DNA of 56,619 nt, filler included, from Sphacelaria rigidula (GCA_964200075.2; 7 parts of 7 records of this genome joined end to end with filler, not necessarily neighbours in it), one strand, 5' to 3'. Positions 23,117 to 37,301 are shown, numbered from the whole stretch's first letter. Translations and numbers: made by a program. The notes: a model not told the origin generated them from the sequence alone.

Positions 23117-24211
23117 CACGCTGCACAATCGCCAAATATATACTGATGAAAGAATGGGATTCTAGAAATATGCAATCCAGAGTATTTCGATGTTGGCACA
23201 ATATATCAGACCTCGTCATGATGTTCACTCACACAACAAGGTGCTGTGTCAAGCAACCCTCTGCAACATCGCAAATCGTGTGTGTGTGTGTATATCTTCT
23301 CAGGGTGTTAACCCGCACAAAACACTGTGTCGGGAGAACCCTCTACAGCCGTGCAAATTGTCGAAGGTCAATTTGAGGCTTTTGGACCTTCAGAAGGTGT
23401 TCACGAGGTCGCCCACAGGGTCTCCACATTCACAAGGTGTTCACTAGGTGTAGCACAGTTTCCACCTGTGTGTGTGCGACTATACTTGTTGAGTGCCCCC
23501 AGGGACATCCCTGCACAGTTATGGGGGTGAATGGGGCCCGATTTTGGGCACTATATATCTGTAAAATGGACCGACCACTATCCACGAAAAAATGACCCGT
23601 AATCGAGCCAATCGTATCAATCACAAATACAGACGTCATCTCCGAATGACGATCTCGCTAATATGAAATGAACTCGAACTTGAGTACACATTTACAAGCC
23701 TGCGAGTGGTCGGTGTGGCGGAAATGTAGTTGCTCCAGCGACTGCACTAATATATTGTTGTGTGCTTGTATTGTTTAGCTGTTGCACTCGGGGAGCACGT
23801 GCCCACTACGTTCCACCCCACATTCACCGTCCTTCTCAACATCAGCAGTCAAGAACACGAAAAGTGGCTGTAGTTGCCGGCGTCATCCACAACAACAACC
23901 CCACTTGACGCTTTTACTCACATACCGCAAAAACGAAGCAGCAGAGGATATTCAAACAATTAGCACGACCATCGTGGAACAGGTGAGGATAATGTAGACG
24001 ACGTTGACGAAGAAAAAGCGATTTACGCTGTGCGGCTGGGCTGTATATGGCATACCCCGCACCTTTCGGTGGTGGCGGGTTTGAAGAGCAATTACTTCAT
24101 GGGCCCCATGGGCTCAGGGTCGTGGTACGAGTGGAAGAAATCACTTTCGTGTTCTCCACTCCTGAAAGCAAACCGGCAAACTTCACCTCTGCGACACAAG
24201 ACACAAGACGT

Positions 24212-24311
24212 NNNNNNNNNNNNNNNNNNNNNNNNNNNNNNNNNNNNNNNNNNNNTTAATTAATTAANNNNNNNNNNNNNNNNNNNNNNNNNNNNNNNNN
24301 NNNNNNNNNNN
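24212..24311. other. Artificial contig spacer
   Basis: N44-TTAATTAATTAA-N44. Confidence 0.98.
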
Positions 24312-24448
24312 GTTTTTTTCGTCTGTTGTTGCCTCCCGGAGGGTGGGGAGGGGTGTTTATGTTTGTGGGGGTGGGGGGGTGGGGGGGGGGGGGGGGGGGG
24401 TAGCGTAGTTCTAAGTTTGGTTTGTCCCTGTGCTTGTTGATTTGACAG

Positions 24449-24573
24449 TTGGCTCGGAGGTCGTCTCCCATTATGGAGCTGCTGACGAGCTTGATGTCAT
24501 CTCGCAGCGTAACCAGTGCGCTTTTGACTGCATATCGGGTTGTCACCTCTGTCCGTGCGGCGCAATTGTCTAA
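24449..24573 (+). CDS. Possible terminal exon of an unidentified gene with a Cys-rich C-terminal tail
   Basis: Acceptor TTGTTGATTTGACAG at 24448. The phase-1 frame reads GSEVVSHYGAADELDVISQRNQCAFDCISGCHLCPCGAIV*. Another frame is also open, so the call is ambiguous. Confidence 0.3.
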
Positions 24574-25784
24574 TGTAATTCCGCGGTGCTTTGTAAAAGG
24601 AAACGTCTCCAAACACGATATCACGCCACGATATGAGACGTACCCGGTACTCAATACAGCACAATAATGTCATCGCCAAAACTGCGCGAATCGACCAGCG
24701 GCGGAGCCGTGCATTACCGGATTGGTCTGAGGTTCATCGCAATATGCTTCAAATCGGACTGGTTCGGGAAACAGAAGAAATTGTTGTGTACTGAGGGGTT
24801 CTACGTTTTCCGATTGGCACAGCTTGTACTGGAAAATCATTCCGTTTCGACACGTCAACTACCCTGCCTGGCGATCAAAGAGTGAGACGGGTTCATGGTC
24901 TCAGAGCATCAACCCGTCTCTCCCCCGTATTTTGCAGAGTACCCCCTACTCCCCCACCGGTAACTGGTGTGAGTGTGAGCCATCAAACACTCGAAACAAA
25001 GAACACGTGCCATCAAAGTGCTACGAAGCCCTCGGGAACCATTAGCCAAGGATCGTTCAAGGTCCTATATTTTTGTCACCGTAGTGAAGATCAGTTCGAA
25101 GGTTGTCCCATGTTGTGTTTTTGTCAAAATTATTGAAACAGTACATTAAACCCGACAAGATAAAAAAGCGTACCGCAGATCCGTGTAGGGCATGTAGCAG
25201 CACGCTAGCAAGGACTTCAATGCCCTGGTCGTGAGCGTTTATCTTGCAAAAATTAAGTCACTTGTAATATGCTGAAACCGCGCATAACCTAGCCCCACCT
25301 ACGATTTGGAAGACATGGGTTTTTTCTGGGCTAGCAAGTTTCTCAGGGTATAGAAACGCTACTGTTGAGCGTGAGTCTCTTGTGCGTGTGTATAGGGCAG
25401 AAAGTGACTTGCCACACTCTAAGCGTATGTATGTGATCACTGGTGTGTTGAGATCCGGGATGTAGAACATTTGTACGGTTATTCTGACCTCCAGAGCCTA
25501 TAGAGTTGTTTTATTTTCATTAAAGCTACCGTTCTCTACTCTTTCGCTCATATCAGACACTGGGGCATCTTCGACAGGCTGGTTAGCGATCTGACTATTT
25601 CCCGGTGTGCCCAATTGGAGTTGTAATGTGACCGTTCCAGCACCAACAATAGAGAGTAGAACTCCAAGTGCAATTATCTAAAATACCTGTTTCGCCGGTT
25701 GCACTCTTGCTTTTTTCTCGATTGCGCAGGCCGAACGAAAAAGCACAGCGATCAGACCACACACACCCGGCGCAGGAAACGACA

Positions 25785-28700
25785 ATGGATAATGACCCAG
25801 ACGCGCCCAAGCTGGAAGACTTGGCTGATGATGAACTCCTAGCACTGGCGTTCGAGCGGGGCATATCGGTGAGGGGTGCACGTTCGGTGTGCTGCAGCGC
25901 GTCTTGGTTGCCAAGTATCGGATCGAGTCAAGATGGTGAAGTCTCAAACGAGGCAAATCAGGCGAAATATCGTGTCTATGGTGTGCTTGAATCCCTTTGA
26001 ACGGCCACGTCTAGGCCTGCAATTTTTTTGTGGCTGTGCTGAAACAACTGGAAGCATCGTTGAGCAGGCAGTACGTCTTACACTGACGGAAGGCTCCACT
26101 ATATATAATAGTGTCAACGGTCGCAGCTGCTCGTCGTTGAGAACAATAGTTTGTCTCTAGGACTGGTTCCTGCCGGCCCTACAAGTTGCAGACCTGCAAT
26201 ATGAGGGCCATGCGTACACACAACCGAACAGCAGCGACAGTTTAGCACCCGCCCAACCCGCTTCACTGCCTCACTCTGCTGACGGCCGTTGCGATCCATT
26301 CTCACCGTCCACCCTTTTTTCGGTTTGTCCTTTGTCCTTTCTCCCCACCCCCGCACGCACGCCAAATCAGGATGAATACAATAGAGATCGACTAATTCAG
26401 CGACTACGCGTAGGCGACATCACCGAGCAAGCGCCATCCCCGCCGCCCCCGCGCTTCTCCCCCGTCCGTTCGTCGTCACCGTCACTACCACCATCCCCCC
26501 CTCCAACCGCCACCCTGTCCGTGCCCGGCAGTGCAGGCGCCGAAAGCACGAGCAGCGCGAGCACCGTAGGCTACAGCAAAGACGCCAATCCTGACACCGG
26601 TTTCCCAGCGGCTGCGGGATTCCCAAGGTTCGCGGCAGGATTCACTGGCGGCGACGGTGTCGCTGCCGCTACCGCTGGTGGTATCCCCGGGGCCTCTGCG
26701 TCCCCTATGCTGAACGCTGACGTTGACGGTGTTCTGTCTCCCATGTTGTCCGGATCATCGCCTTCTTCGTTTCCTTCACCCCCGCCACTAGATGCTGACT
26801 TCGGCGTGGGGATCAAGGGCGGGGAAAGGGCGGCCGCGGCGGCGGCCACGGCGCTCGGGGACGGTGGGAGCATGGCCGAAAAGAAGGAGATGGTGGACAC
26901 ATTTGTTGGCGTTACGCAGGCGGCCAGATCGAAGGCGGTGACGTTCTTGCAAGCCACGGATTGGAGCATCGACGCTGCACTGAATTTGTTCATGGAGTCG
27001 GGGGGAGATGGTGGGGCGGCGGCCGCGGCGGCAGAGGCAACGGGGGACGCGGGGGGGGCAACAGAGAGCGGCGCGAGGGGTGCGAGTGATGCTTTTCCTT
27101 CTGCGGGATCGATACATCGCGCGGATGAGCAGACGGGCGGGATGGCGGGTGGTGGAGGAGGCGTTGGTGGATGGCGCAGTGGTGGTGGAGGGAGCGACTA
27201 TCAGGTGATAATCGTGAGGATCGTGGGGGAAACGGGACACTGTTGGCTGGTTGTTTGGTCTATCGCCTTTTGTGGCGCTTTTGCGAGCAGTGCCGCTGTA
27301 TGGGGCTGCGGCTGTAGCAGATGTTCTACTCGCAGTTTCGGATTCAAGTGACGCAAACGCCCCGGGGAATTGCGTTGTGGGGGGGGGCGTACTCATTTGT
27401 TGCTTGCCTTAGTCATTTGACCATTGACCACGCATCCCTTTCGAGACGGAGCATTTGTGGGGAGGAAACTTGGAGCATTTGCATGGCGGCCGGGTGTAAA
27501 CCGCGTTTAGAATGAACTTGTGGTTTCGCCACCTGTATTCGGCATCATGCGCACTACACATTCGTTTTTTACACGACGTTACGCACCTCGCGTATTTTTG
27601 TGGTAGCAGCAATCGCTCTTCGGCACCAAATCGTCAAAATTTGGTGTTCCTAGTCGCCGCCATGTACCCACTCGCGTCACAACCACAACTTGATTACGAC
27701 ACTGCTCTACCCCCGCCCCCGCAAACAACGACATACGCGTCCGTACCATACCTCAGAGCATTAACGATAACGGTGGACATCCCGACCTAGGGCTCCTGAG
27801 CGAAGCCCTCCCGGGTATTGTATTGCCCCCCCAGATGGCGGCCGCGCGCGCAGCGCACGCCGCCTCGCGCCGATCCGCCGGCCGCCGATCTGACGAATCG
27901 GGCGGTTCCGCGTCCGGGAGTTCCGGCGGTGATGCGGGCCCGCATGACCCGCTTTATCCGAACGGGTACTCTGAGGATGGAGTACGGGCGCCAGATTCTA
28001 ACCGGCGAGATACGCTGATCGGGGGGGTGGATCTACACGGAGCTGGAGGGCGGGGTATTCTGGGGGCGTTGCATGGGGCTGTTGGCGGACCGTCGGCGGC
28101 AGTGGAGGAGAAAGACAATACTGATTGGATTTTTTCCCCTCCTGAGGTGTGTTATGTGTGTGCATGTGCGCGTGCAGGGAGGGAGAGAGATGGGGATACG
28201 CTTTCCATAATTCTGTTTTTTTTGCCGGGGAACGGATTTGTGGTGTTCTTCATCAGCGCGGAAGTCAAATTGCGTTGACCGGCGGTCTTACGATGCGAGG
28301 TGCGAGAAACTGCAAAAATTCATGCGAGGGCGAAAACCGTAGGTGCGAGTAAGCAGATCGTGTCCAGCGGATTAAGGTTCCTTGTGTATACAGATGTTGT
28401 TGGGGTTGCTAGGAATAGTGATGAGACACTTTGTGGCAAGCACCCCGAATTGCGTGTTCCGCTTAGTACTAGTTTCCTCCTTGTCTTTCATCTCAGTGGG
28501 TGAAGATAAAAAGCCTGGCGGTGTCGCTATCTGGATGTGACCTACGACCCCACCCTACAGTCTTGATATATTCCCCGCAAATATCGGGCATTCTTGGGTA
28601 GCAGCGGGTAGAAGTGTGTAAAATGATTGATTATCTCACATTAGCTGATTGCAACAATCCAGAATATGCTCATATGAATGAGGACACCTGTATAAAAAGT

Positions 28701-31700
28701 ACGTTCTTCGGGTACATTGGATGCTCCACACTGGATATAGGTTCATGACCTGAGCATTCATTATGATATGTCACAATCTGTGCGCTACCGATGTTTTAAA
28801 TTATCATGTGTCTTGATCGCTTCACAGATCAAAGCACTACACCACAAGTCACGGGCATGCAGATAGGCTACCACTTTACGTAAAAAATCAATTGTCCGTC
28901 CAACACACTGGTGCTCAAGAGCTATATGGCTTGAATTGCTGCACAAGTCACATTCCATACTCGCTGTGGTACAGGTAGCATCACCATTTGCGAACCCTTA
29001 TTTGGCGTCAGGCTTGAGTTTCGATTCCTCTGTGGGCTACCAGGAGCCACTAAATATACAGGTTCCAGTGTAGGGTTCTTATTCAGGCATCGCAATTTGT
29101 GCTCAAGTTGTCGTGTTTACAGCACTTTTGAGGCTTAAATTGTTAACTGCCAAGTTCTCAAGTGGTGGCGCTATCAATATCTGCATGGCTTTCGTTGTGT
29201 GTGTGCTCTACTGGCGTGATGTTTTGCGTTACGCATCGGTCGCGGGAAACAGGGACTGTCATTGCCGGCCAGCTTCGTGGACACGAGACAGATCTGTAAG
29301 GAGCAGAAGAAGTGGCTCATTGTCAATATTCAGGTGGGAGTCCGTTCCTGACCACTCCCCCCCTCCTGAAGGCCTGTAGATAGATATTTCTGTTCTGCTG
29401 TACGTCACATTATAGGGATAGTTTGGCTTCGCTTTGCCGTTGGATCATGACACCGCAGGGTGTATTTTCAAGAGGGGGACGAGGAAGGTTCGTAGTATAA
29501 CAGAGAAGCAGCATACATGAACATAGGGGCAGGTGAGGTGAGGTGTTGACTGTTAGTGAAAGCATCAGGGCAATGTAGCACATTTAATTGCTCTACAGCG
29601 AGTAGACCGTTCGGAGTCAAGATCTCCGCCCCCCCCGTTTTAATGGTATGCAGCGGGTATAATCGCGGGAAAGGGTCTACACCGAAGTTTCAAGAGGATT
29701 CAAATGTCCCAGGCGGAGGGTATTTGTTGTTGCTGAAGTCACGTCATCTTGTTTCCAAAATCACGTCAAGTATTTGACTACTTTACTGTGCTGCACTGTC
29801 AAATTGTACTGTACCCGCGAGATGTTATTTTTTTGCTATGTAGTTTCTATGACGAGCTTGTACTGAAAGGTCTCCGGACGTCAAGCCACATGTTACACTC
29901 ACACACCAAGCCGTGTACGAAGCATATACTGCACCGAAAGGTTTATCTTCTACAAAGTATTTGTCAGCTTTGAGATGGCAGCTTCGATTCGTTTCGCCGG
30001 TGAACAATCCAGTAGATCATGTTCCGTGCATGTAAATGACCTCCTCCCGCTCAAGTAATTTGCTTACCCCCGCCAGATACTTCTTCGAAATGCTCCCGGT
30101 ATCGGAGAGGGCGCAATATGACCCAACTTTTTACCCGAGGCCGTGAACACTCATCTGTTTGATGGTGACCTGTGGCAAGGCAGTAAAAAATAGAAGTCAT
30201 GTAGTGGCAGAATTTGAACTATACAGGGAGGAATGGGACGTGTTGGAGGGGGGAATGTGGGAAGGAAATGAAGATGGCATGAGATCGTTTGGTACATGAG
30301 ATGGTGGCGAGAAGTGATCGCTGTACAAGGGGATAGAACGTGGCCACAGACGGCGCCAGTGGCAAGTGCTGCACCCACTGCATCATGGATAGATGGATAC
30401 TACAAGGCAGGTACCAAGTCAGGCAACTCCTCGTTGTCTATTGTGGCTCCCAGGCTCCGGGCTCCCGAAAAGGATGCCAATGGGTGAACAAGAAAGAACG
30501 GAGAACAAGTGGAAATCCAATCGAGTACATATCCATGACTATTGTACCTTCCCTCCGCCGCTTCTCGCGTCTATCGGTTCTCTGTTTTGACCGCCTGGTA
30601 TCTTGCTTCTTTCAGGACCCTGAGCAGTTTGCGAGCCATCGACTGAACAAAGACGTGTGGTCCAATGAAACCATCATGACCCTGCTCAGAGGCAACTTTA
30701 TATTCTGGCAGAGGAACAAGAACCTAGGACAGGCCAGGTGATGCGACACGTAACGTCTAGCAATGGATGTCATGGATGTCCGACTGGTGCGAGCGTGTGG
30801 ATTGCTTGCACTTGTAGCCTGCAAAATGGACGCACTTGGCGTCCAGTCCCACCACGCCGTGTTTGGAGGTCGTTGATTCCCTGAAGCGTGCAAGATATTC
30901 GTCGTTTGGGTATCGAGTAGTCAACTAGGGCTACGAGGCTACGCCGCTGCAAGGTCGTGCTATCGTCGTGCGTGAATCAATGTCCATGGTCGTGCCCGCC
31001 TTAACTGAAATTCGCCTTTTGTAGTCGTGGGATGGAGTATTTTTGCTGCTAAAGCTGAAGTTACCACCGTCACCCATGGGTGAGATGAGATATATAACCT
31101 TGTGGGTCACAGACGTATGCGAGGCACGAGGGTATGACTAGTTCTTGAAGAATATAGAATAAGGATTACAGTAGGGATCCTGCCACGGTGGCGTTAAAAC
31201 CGTGTGTCATGATCCACTTTATTAATATCAAGTACTTTCGTCGTAGCAGCGTAGTGCAGGATCCCGGTATAATGCGGCCATACCGAGTGGGCGACCCAGT
31301 GCACTATGCTGGCTCGCCCGCTGTACTGCTAATCTAGAGGTGCACAGGACACGACTAACCGTTTGCGCCCGACACCGCGTTGCCCTTTTGTTTTACTTTC
31401 CTAGATACTACATAGACAAGTACAACCTCCTGGGTGAGGTGTTACCACACACGGCCATTATTGACCCTCGCACAGGCACTCAGCTTCTCAAGGTAGTGGG
31501 CTACGTGGAACCGGAGGATCTGAGCATGGCGCTCGTGGAGTTTCTCGAGAACAATAGCTTGGATCAGGTGATGATGAACGGCCATTTTTGAGATTTGTGT
31601 TCGTAGCAGAGGAGATGCTGGGCAGTTGCTTGAATCAAGATTGAGGGCGGGACCACGGGTGAAGGACGCGTGCAGTGTACCTCACACGGTTTCGTCGGGT

Positions 31701-31856
31701 ACTTTCTTTGGTTCCGTTGCTTGTCCCCGAAGGCATCTATTCAATACTGTTCTTGCCCTCGTCTATCGCCTTCGTGCTACTCGGAATGTTATGATTTCGC
31801 AACAGGTTCGTGCCCCGAAGCTGAAGACGATTGGCTTGGGGAACATCGCGCACTCG
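25785..31856 (+). CDS. UBXN7: UBX-family p97/CDC48 adaptor, UBXN7/Ubx5/PUX7-like (UBA-like + UAS domains); 3' end including the UBX domain lies beyond the contig
   Basis: Seven phase-compatible GT-AG exons: 25785-25868, 26371-27204, 27757-28146, 29253-29333, 30616-30737, 31405-31567 and 31806-31856. Motifs: UBA-like VDTFVGVT...FLQATDWSIDAALNLF; DGVRAPD...DTL; IFSPP; UAS KKWLIVNIQ|DPEQFASHRLNKDVW...NFIFWQ...PHTAIIDPRTG. Confidence 0.9.
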
Positions 31857-32205
31857 GTAAGCCGCGTCAAACCGTGGGGCACAAGGTGTATGTGAAGTAT
31901 TTTCGTCGCCTCGGGCAAGTACGGAAGCTGCTACTGTACAGACCCCGGCAAAAGATGTTGGGCGTAGACCATAGCTACCACAATGCAACCCCCGCCACGG
32001 TGCTTCCCCCGCTCTCTTGTCTTTGTCTCGCCTTGAAAAGCAACAGAGCCGTACATTTTCGATCTTCATGACCCCGCTCCGCTCTCTCGACGGTAGGTGG
32101 TTGATGGTGTAGACACGCTCGCTGCCTGCTGTTGAACATGAACACACGCTCCCCCTTTACATGGTAATTACAACGGACTTGCACTTCCAAAATGACGGAA
32201 CACAG

Positions 32206-32240
<35 letters not shown>

Positions 32241-32313
32241 CGCCGCCGCCCCCCCCCGACCAACCGCGCCACGCCCACACACCAAAGCGACACCCCCCCC
32301 CCCCCCCCCTCCC

Positions 32314-32413
32314 NNNNNNNNNNNNNNNNNNNNNNNNNNNNNNNNNNNNNNNNNNNNTTAATTAATTAANNNNNNNNNNNNNNNNNNNNNNNNNNNNNNN
32401 NNNNNNNNNNNNN
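32314..32413. other. Artificial contig spacer
   Basis: N44-TTAATTAATTAA-N44. Confidence 0.98.
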
Positions 32414-33128
32414 TTTCGCGTTTCTGGCCATATTTGTACCTTTCCTAGGCAAAAAACGAGAAGGTATACCTTTTCCAGACCATTGCCCAAAAATAAAAAT
32501 AGGAAAAATGGCCGACCTCTGCAACATGGCTCCAGGTGCAATAAATGGTCTTGCGCAACAACACACGCATTCACACCCAATCGAAGGAAAACAAAAGACC
32601 GCTGGAGAAGATCGCGACTCACCTCTTTCGGCCACACTGTTGTGGGTATCAGCCTTAACCCATGAACCCTACGCGAGGCACCAAACTGCGACTTGCTGCA
32701 TACACCGAGAGGGAAGAGCACACAACATGACGATGTTTTCTGAGATAGAGAGTAGAAGAGCGTTGGTTGACAGTCTTTTTCACCATCATTCGATTTTGCT
32801 TGACCGATTTTTTCGTCATGTATCAGTATGTATGTGCTTTTCTTTGCTTGTAGCACTGGCGTGAGCTTCCAGCTCCGCGTCGACATCCTACTCAAAGATA
32901 TCAAAGAAAGGATTCAGCGGCAAGGCACGACAGAAAGCGTATCGGGTCTACCTTAGAGGGACATTTCGGAAGTGAAACGATTCATTCATCAATTGACCGC
33001 TTCTCACTCTCAACAGTATCCTCTACCCTCAATCTCACGAAAATATATTGCTACATACTGTACAGAGAAGAGGGGAAAGAGCAACAGAGCAGGGCACCAC
33101 GAAAAGAAGTAAACCCCAGGACACAGTA

Positions 33129-33325
33129 CAGCCCTCGATCGCATAGATATTTCTTCAGCGCATTTCGCCGACTCTGAGCTTGCAGCGCTGACCGAAACCG
33201 TCGTTTCCCCCGATACTTTAGGGGGGGGGGGGTGATATTAGGGGAAACGACGTTTTCGGTCAGCGCTGTAAGCTCACAGAGTCGATAAAATGCGCTGGAG
33301 AAGTACCTACGCGAGCGAGGGACAT
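33129..33325. mobile_element. Almost fully palindromic MITE, TA-flanked (Tc1/mariner-like)
   Basis: ~85-bp arms (CAGCGCTGACCGAAACCGTCGTTTCCCC / GGGGAAACGACGTTTTCGGTCAGCGCTG) around a G run, with TA on both sides. Confidence 0.8.
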
Positions 33326-33489
33326 TAGGCCGAAGAAAAGGTAATTGGGCGCCATCGCTGTTAGTGTGGGGAAAACATTGTTTCGGGCTTGAACCTCATT
33401 TCATCGTACAACCTCATTATATAAGTTTGTCTGTTCAGGGACCAAGTTAACGGCCGATAAAAAAGGACAGAGATGATTTCCGCCTCAGC

Positions 33490-36400
33490 CTAATGTGAAG
33501 CTGATCCGCTGCTACATTTTGCGAAGAGGACTCGGCGCATCGCACCAAGCCCCGAAGAGATGCTGTGCGAGGTGCGGTCAACCGGGGTACAGGTTTTGGG
33601 ACTGTCCGAGATCGACAGCGAAGGAAGAAGATATGGTGATGGCGATGGGTGCGGTCGACGACAGCGACGACTCTTCCGTTTGCTCGGAGGCAAATGGGGA
33701 GGCTTTCACCTCTTCCGACACCAGTATCGAAGATGGAATAGGCGAGTACGCATTGTATGTTGGGCAGGGGGGTGAGAGCGAGCCGTGGGTGTTCGACACG
33801 GGGGCTACCCAGCATTTGTCCCCTGATTCCAGTGGGATGACGGAGTACAAAGAGTGTCACGATAGAGTACTGCGGTGCGCGGGTGGTAGTACTTACCCCA
33901 TCGTGAGCAGAGGGAAATTTGACTCGTGCCTTCAGATCTGACGGACACGATGTGGTGGTCAAATCAATGTATGTTGACCGTGTACCAAATGTCCGCCATC
34001 ACCATTCGTCACTCACAAGGATGAAGAATACTGGCCACACCTGCACCGGTCTTCGTGGAGGTTCTACAGTAGATCTCATCTCAGAAAACACACTGAAAAT
34101 ACCACCAACTCGACTACTGAAAATGTACGCCCGCCGGCTTGATCAGAATGGTAGTGACAAGTGTGCTTCGGCATATGCTGTGTTTGCCTCGGGGGCTTCG
34201 TCTAGCCCTCAGCTCGTTGATATAAATGATCTCCACTGTGCCCACGCCTACGTTCACGAGGACTTACTGCAAAAGGCCGCGAATCAGCCGGGAGTACAAC
34301 TGACTGAAGAGTTGCAGCCTTGCCGCGGTTGCTCGGAGGCGAAGGGACTGTGACGGCGGATTTCAAGATCGACGCACACGAGAGCATTATTATAAGCGAC
34401 CCAGACGCCGTGCGAGCCGAAGGATTCCAAGGTCGATGCAGGCCCGGACGTAGGTAAGTCAGTGGTTTGTTTGAACACTCGACGGTGGACGTTTCATCCA
34501 GCGGTTCCTCAAGCGCACTGTCCTCCCCGCCAAGTTCCGTGAGCGACGTAGGCGGGGCAGCACCGCAGATCTCCGTCAGTACTGGAGGGGGCGAAGTGAC
34601 TCCACCGTCCCCATGAGGGAGGGAGAGAAGGCGGGGTGACACCGCAGATCCTCGTTCTAGACTCAATCAATGGAGGGGGTGAGGGGGCGCAGGAAACACC
34701 ACGATCATCTACATCAACACCGTCATCGACAGCAAAACCGACGCCGACACCTACGCCGACGCCGACATAAACGCCAACGCCCACATCGGTATCGTACACT
34801 TCCTCACCGCGCGCAGTTTCACCCTCTCTCACGAGTCCCTCACAAGACGGCAGAGACGGGGGAGGCGGACGCTCCTCAATTCCTGAGGACCGAGCGGCAC
34901 CGTCTCACGTGGGTCGACGGGCTGCCGACGCCTAGTGCGGGGCACACAAGGAGCCAAACGCGGGAAGCCATGGGGTCGAAGCACGCACACCGCGAGACAC
35001 TGATGACTAGCGAAGGGGAAAAGAGCAACGAAGAGGGAGAGACGGCGTCGTTGGCGGGGATGGCCAACAACAGACACCCAGCAGTAGAGATGCTCATCGC
35101 GGCAGCAGGACAGGTGGCGGGATAAGATGCAAGTGTCTCGATCAAAAACGAGTTGGCTGACAACGAGATTTGATGTTTCGTTGCTGAAACCGAGGAAGAT
35201 AGAGTAGAATAGCTTGAATTCGCTTTGCGTTTACCCGTTGGCCTGCATATGAGCGAAGTAGAGGCAGCACCGACGAGTATCGACGACGTAGCAAAATCAG
35301 AGTTTTCGGGAGGCATGACTTGGCGTGATGCAGGCAGAAGTGAGGAGTCACACAGATACTGGAACATTTTCTATCGGTTCAGTAACAGAAGGAATAAATG
35401 CGATTTCAGCGAAATGAGCTTTGATTTAGAACCCCGACGCGAGGACTCGGACCATGCTTCGCAGTCGACTACTTCGGGACTTTCGCGGCCACGCCCTCCA
35501 TGGCCGCCACTAAACTGGTCATGCCAGATGCAGTTCAGGAAGAGTGGCCGTCATACCATTTCGGCATTTGGTCGCGCGAAAATGGACACGGACGTGCACA
35601 TGGGGCCGCCCAAAGGATGATGCGCGATGACAGACATGACCGTTAAGCTCGAACGACCCATCTATGGGATCGAGCAAGCAGGCAGGCAGTTCTCACGTCT
35701 TCTGCGCCAAACTTTAGTGGAGGATATCGGGATGGTGCAGTGTGAAGCTGACCCTGGTGTTTTCAAGATGGGGGATGCAGGAGACGTGTGTGTACATTCA
35801 GTCGTTAATGTCGATGACATTTTGATCAGTGATGCTGCAGAGAACGTACGAAAGGTGGGAACTTCTGAACGACAATTTCCCCACGAAAACTCTCGGAGAG
35901 GTCACATGGTACATGGAGTGCACGGTGGACAGAGATTGAGATGGAGGTACGCTGTCGGTGACAGACACTACATTCACGGACAAGATCCTCAAACGCGTTG
36001 AGGTGAGGGGATGCTCATAAATCCCTGTCTCTGTTTCTGTCAGGTTGGGGCCGAAAACAGGCGAAGACACAGTAGCGAATCACGCATACCGTAACGCAGT
36101 GGGGGTATTGATTCGGCTGGCAACAGTCACTAGACTAGACGTAGCAAATGCAGTACGGGCCCCCGCACGCCAGTCACATGACCCGTGCGCGAGACACTGG
36201 GAAGCAGTAGTAAAGGTACTGAAAGTATCTCAAAAGGACAGAGGAATTTGGACTCACGTTTAAGAGAGATCACAATAGGCTTTCCGTTTACAGTGGCGTA
36301 GACTACGCTAAGAAGGAAACAGATGGACGTTCAGTCTCGGGGGTAGCTGTGATGTATGGAGGTGTGATAGTGTCCGCAACGAGTCGCACACAACACTGTG

Positions 36401-37301
36401 TGACTCCATCAATCACGGAGGCGGAGTATGTCGCAATGGCCAAGCGGACAAAAGAAGGTATGTTCCCTAAGGCAGTGTTGGCGTCTTTGCGACCTCGAAC
36501 GGTGTCGGGGTGTGGGGAAGACCGCGGTATTGTCTTGTACGAGGACAACGAGGGAGTCAAAGCACTGGCCGAAAACTCCCTCAGTTCTGAAAAGAGTAAG
36601 CACATTGATGTGAGGTACCGCTTTATTCGAAAGCTGGCGGGGACGGGAAAGATCGGGGTCGTGCATGTAGATTCAGGAAGGCAGCATGCTGATATTTTGA
36701 CGACGCCTCTCTCGGTTCACTTGTTTGCGAGGCACAGACGGACCTTGATGAATTTGGGAGGTGACAGACACGTTCTTGCGTGTACCCTCGTTGTGCTGGC
36801 TCCGGGCATTCAAGGTCTTGTTTTTTGTAATACCTTTATACCCATGTTGAGTGAAGCCACCCACGCTACTTTAAGGGGCATGAGTGTATAGGGCGTTTCC
36901 TGACATCTTGACCGGCGTCCATGGACTTTCTAGATGGAGCACAAGCAGTTGAAGGGAGGGGGCTTCTGCTGGGATGGCCGGGTTTCCTCCTTTTCTATTT
37001 GTTTGAGAGATAGCCATGACGACTGATGCACCAGTTCAAAGGGGGCGTTCATGTAAACAGGTACATATGAATGAGCAGGTACATGTGCGCATAACTGTAT
37101 GCTGACGCACATATACTGGTAGTCAAGTATGCGTGACTGCGGTACCTTGCTCGAGCAGGCATCAGACGCTGCCGCTTGTTCTCACTCTTTGTCTAATCCC
37201 TAATACGGAGGCTCGACTCTGTCGAGGCACTCTCCGATCACTGCAATGTCATCTTCATGAAAACAGCCTTTTTATTGACGGTCCACACACCACTTTTAAC
37301 A
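33490..37301 (+). mobile_element. Decayed Ty1/Copia LTR retrotransposon (gag-pol with frameshifts and stops, integrase core apparently deleted)
   Basis: Copia domain order: zinc knuckle CARCGQPGYRFWDC; protease WVFDTGATQH; GAG-pre-integrase LHCAHAYV...CRGC; RT KLERPIYGIEQAGR, ADPGVF, VNVDDILI; RNase H SITEAEYVA, YEDNEG, KSKHIDVRY, ADILT. Confidence 0.93.
36885..37301 (+). repeat. Putative LTR of the Copia element
   Basis: TGT... start after purine-rich AAGGGGCATGAG and ...TTAACA end. There is no second LTR in the contig to confirm the boundaries. Confidence 0.45.

Noticed and set aside
32206-32313. Poly-C / poly-Pro tract (also G runs at 24378-24400 and 55918-56098)
   Set aside because: These are low-complexity homopolymers at contig or gap edges, with unreliable sequence and no supportable function.
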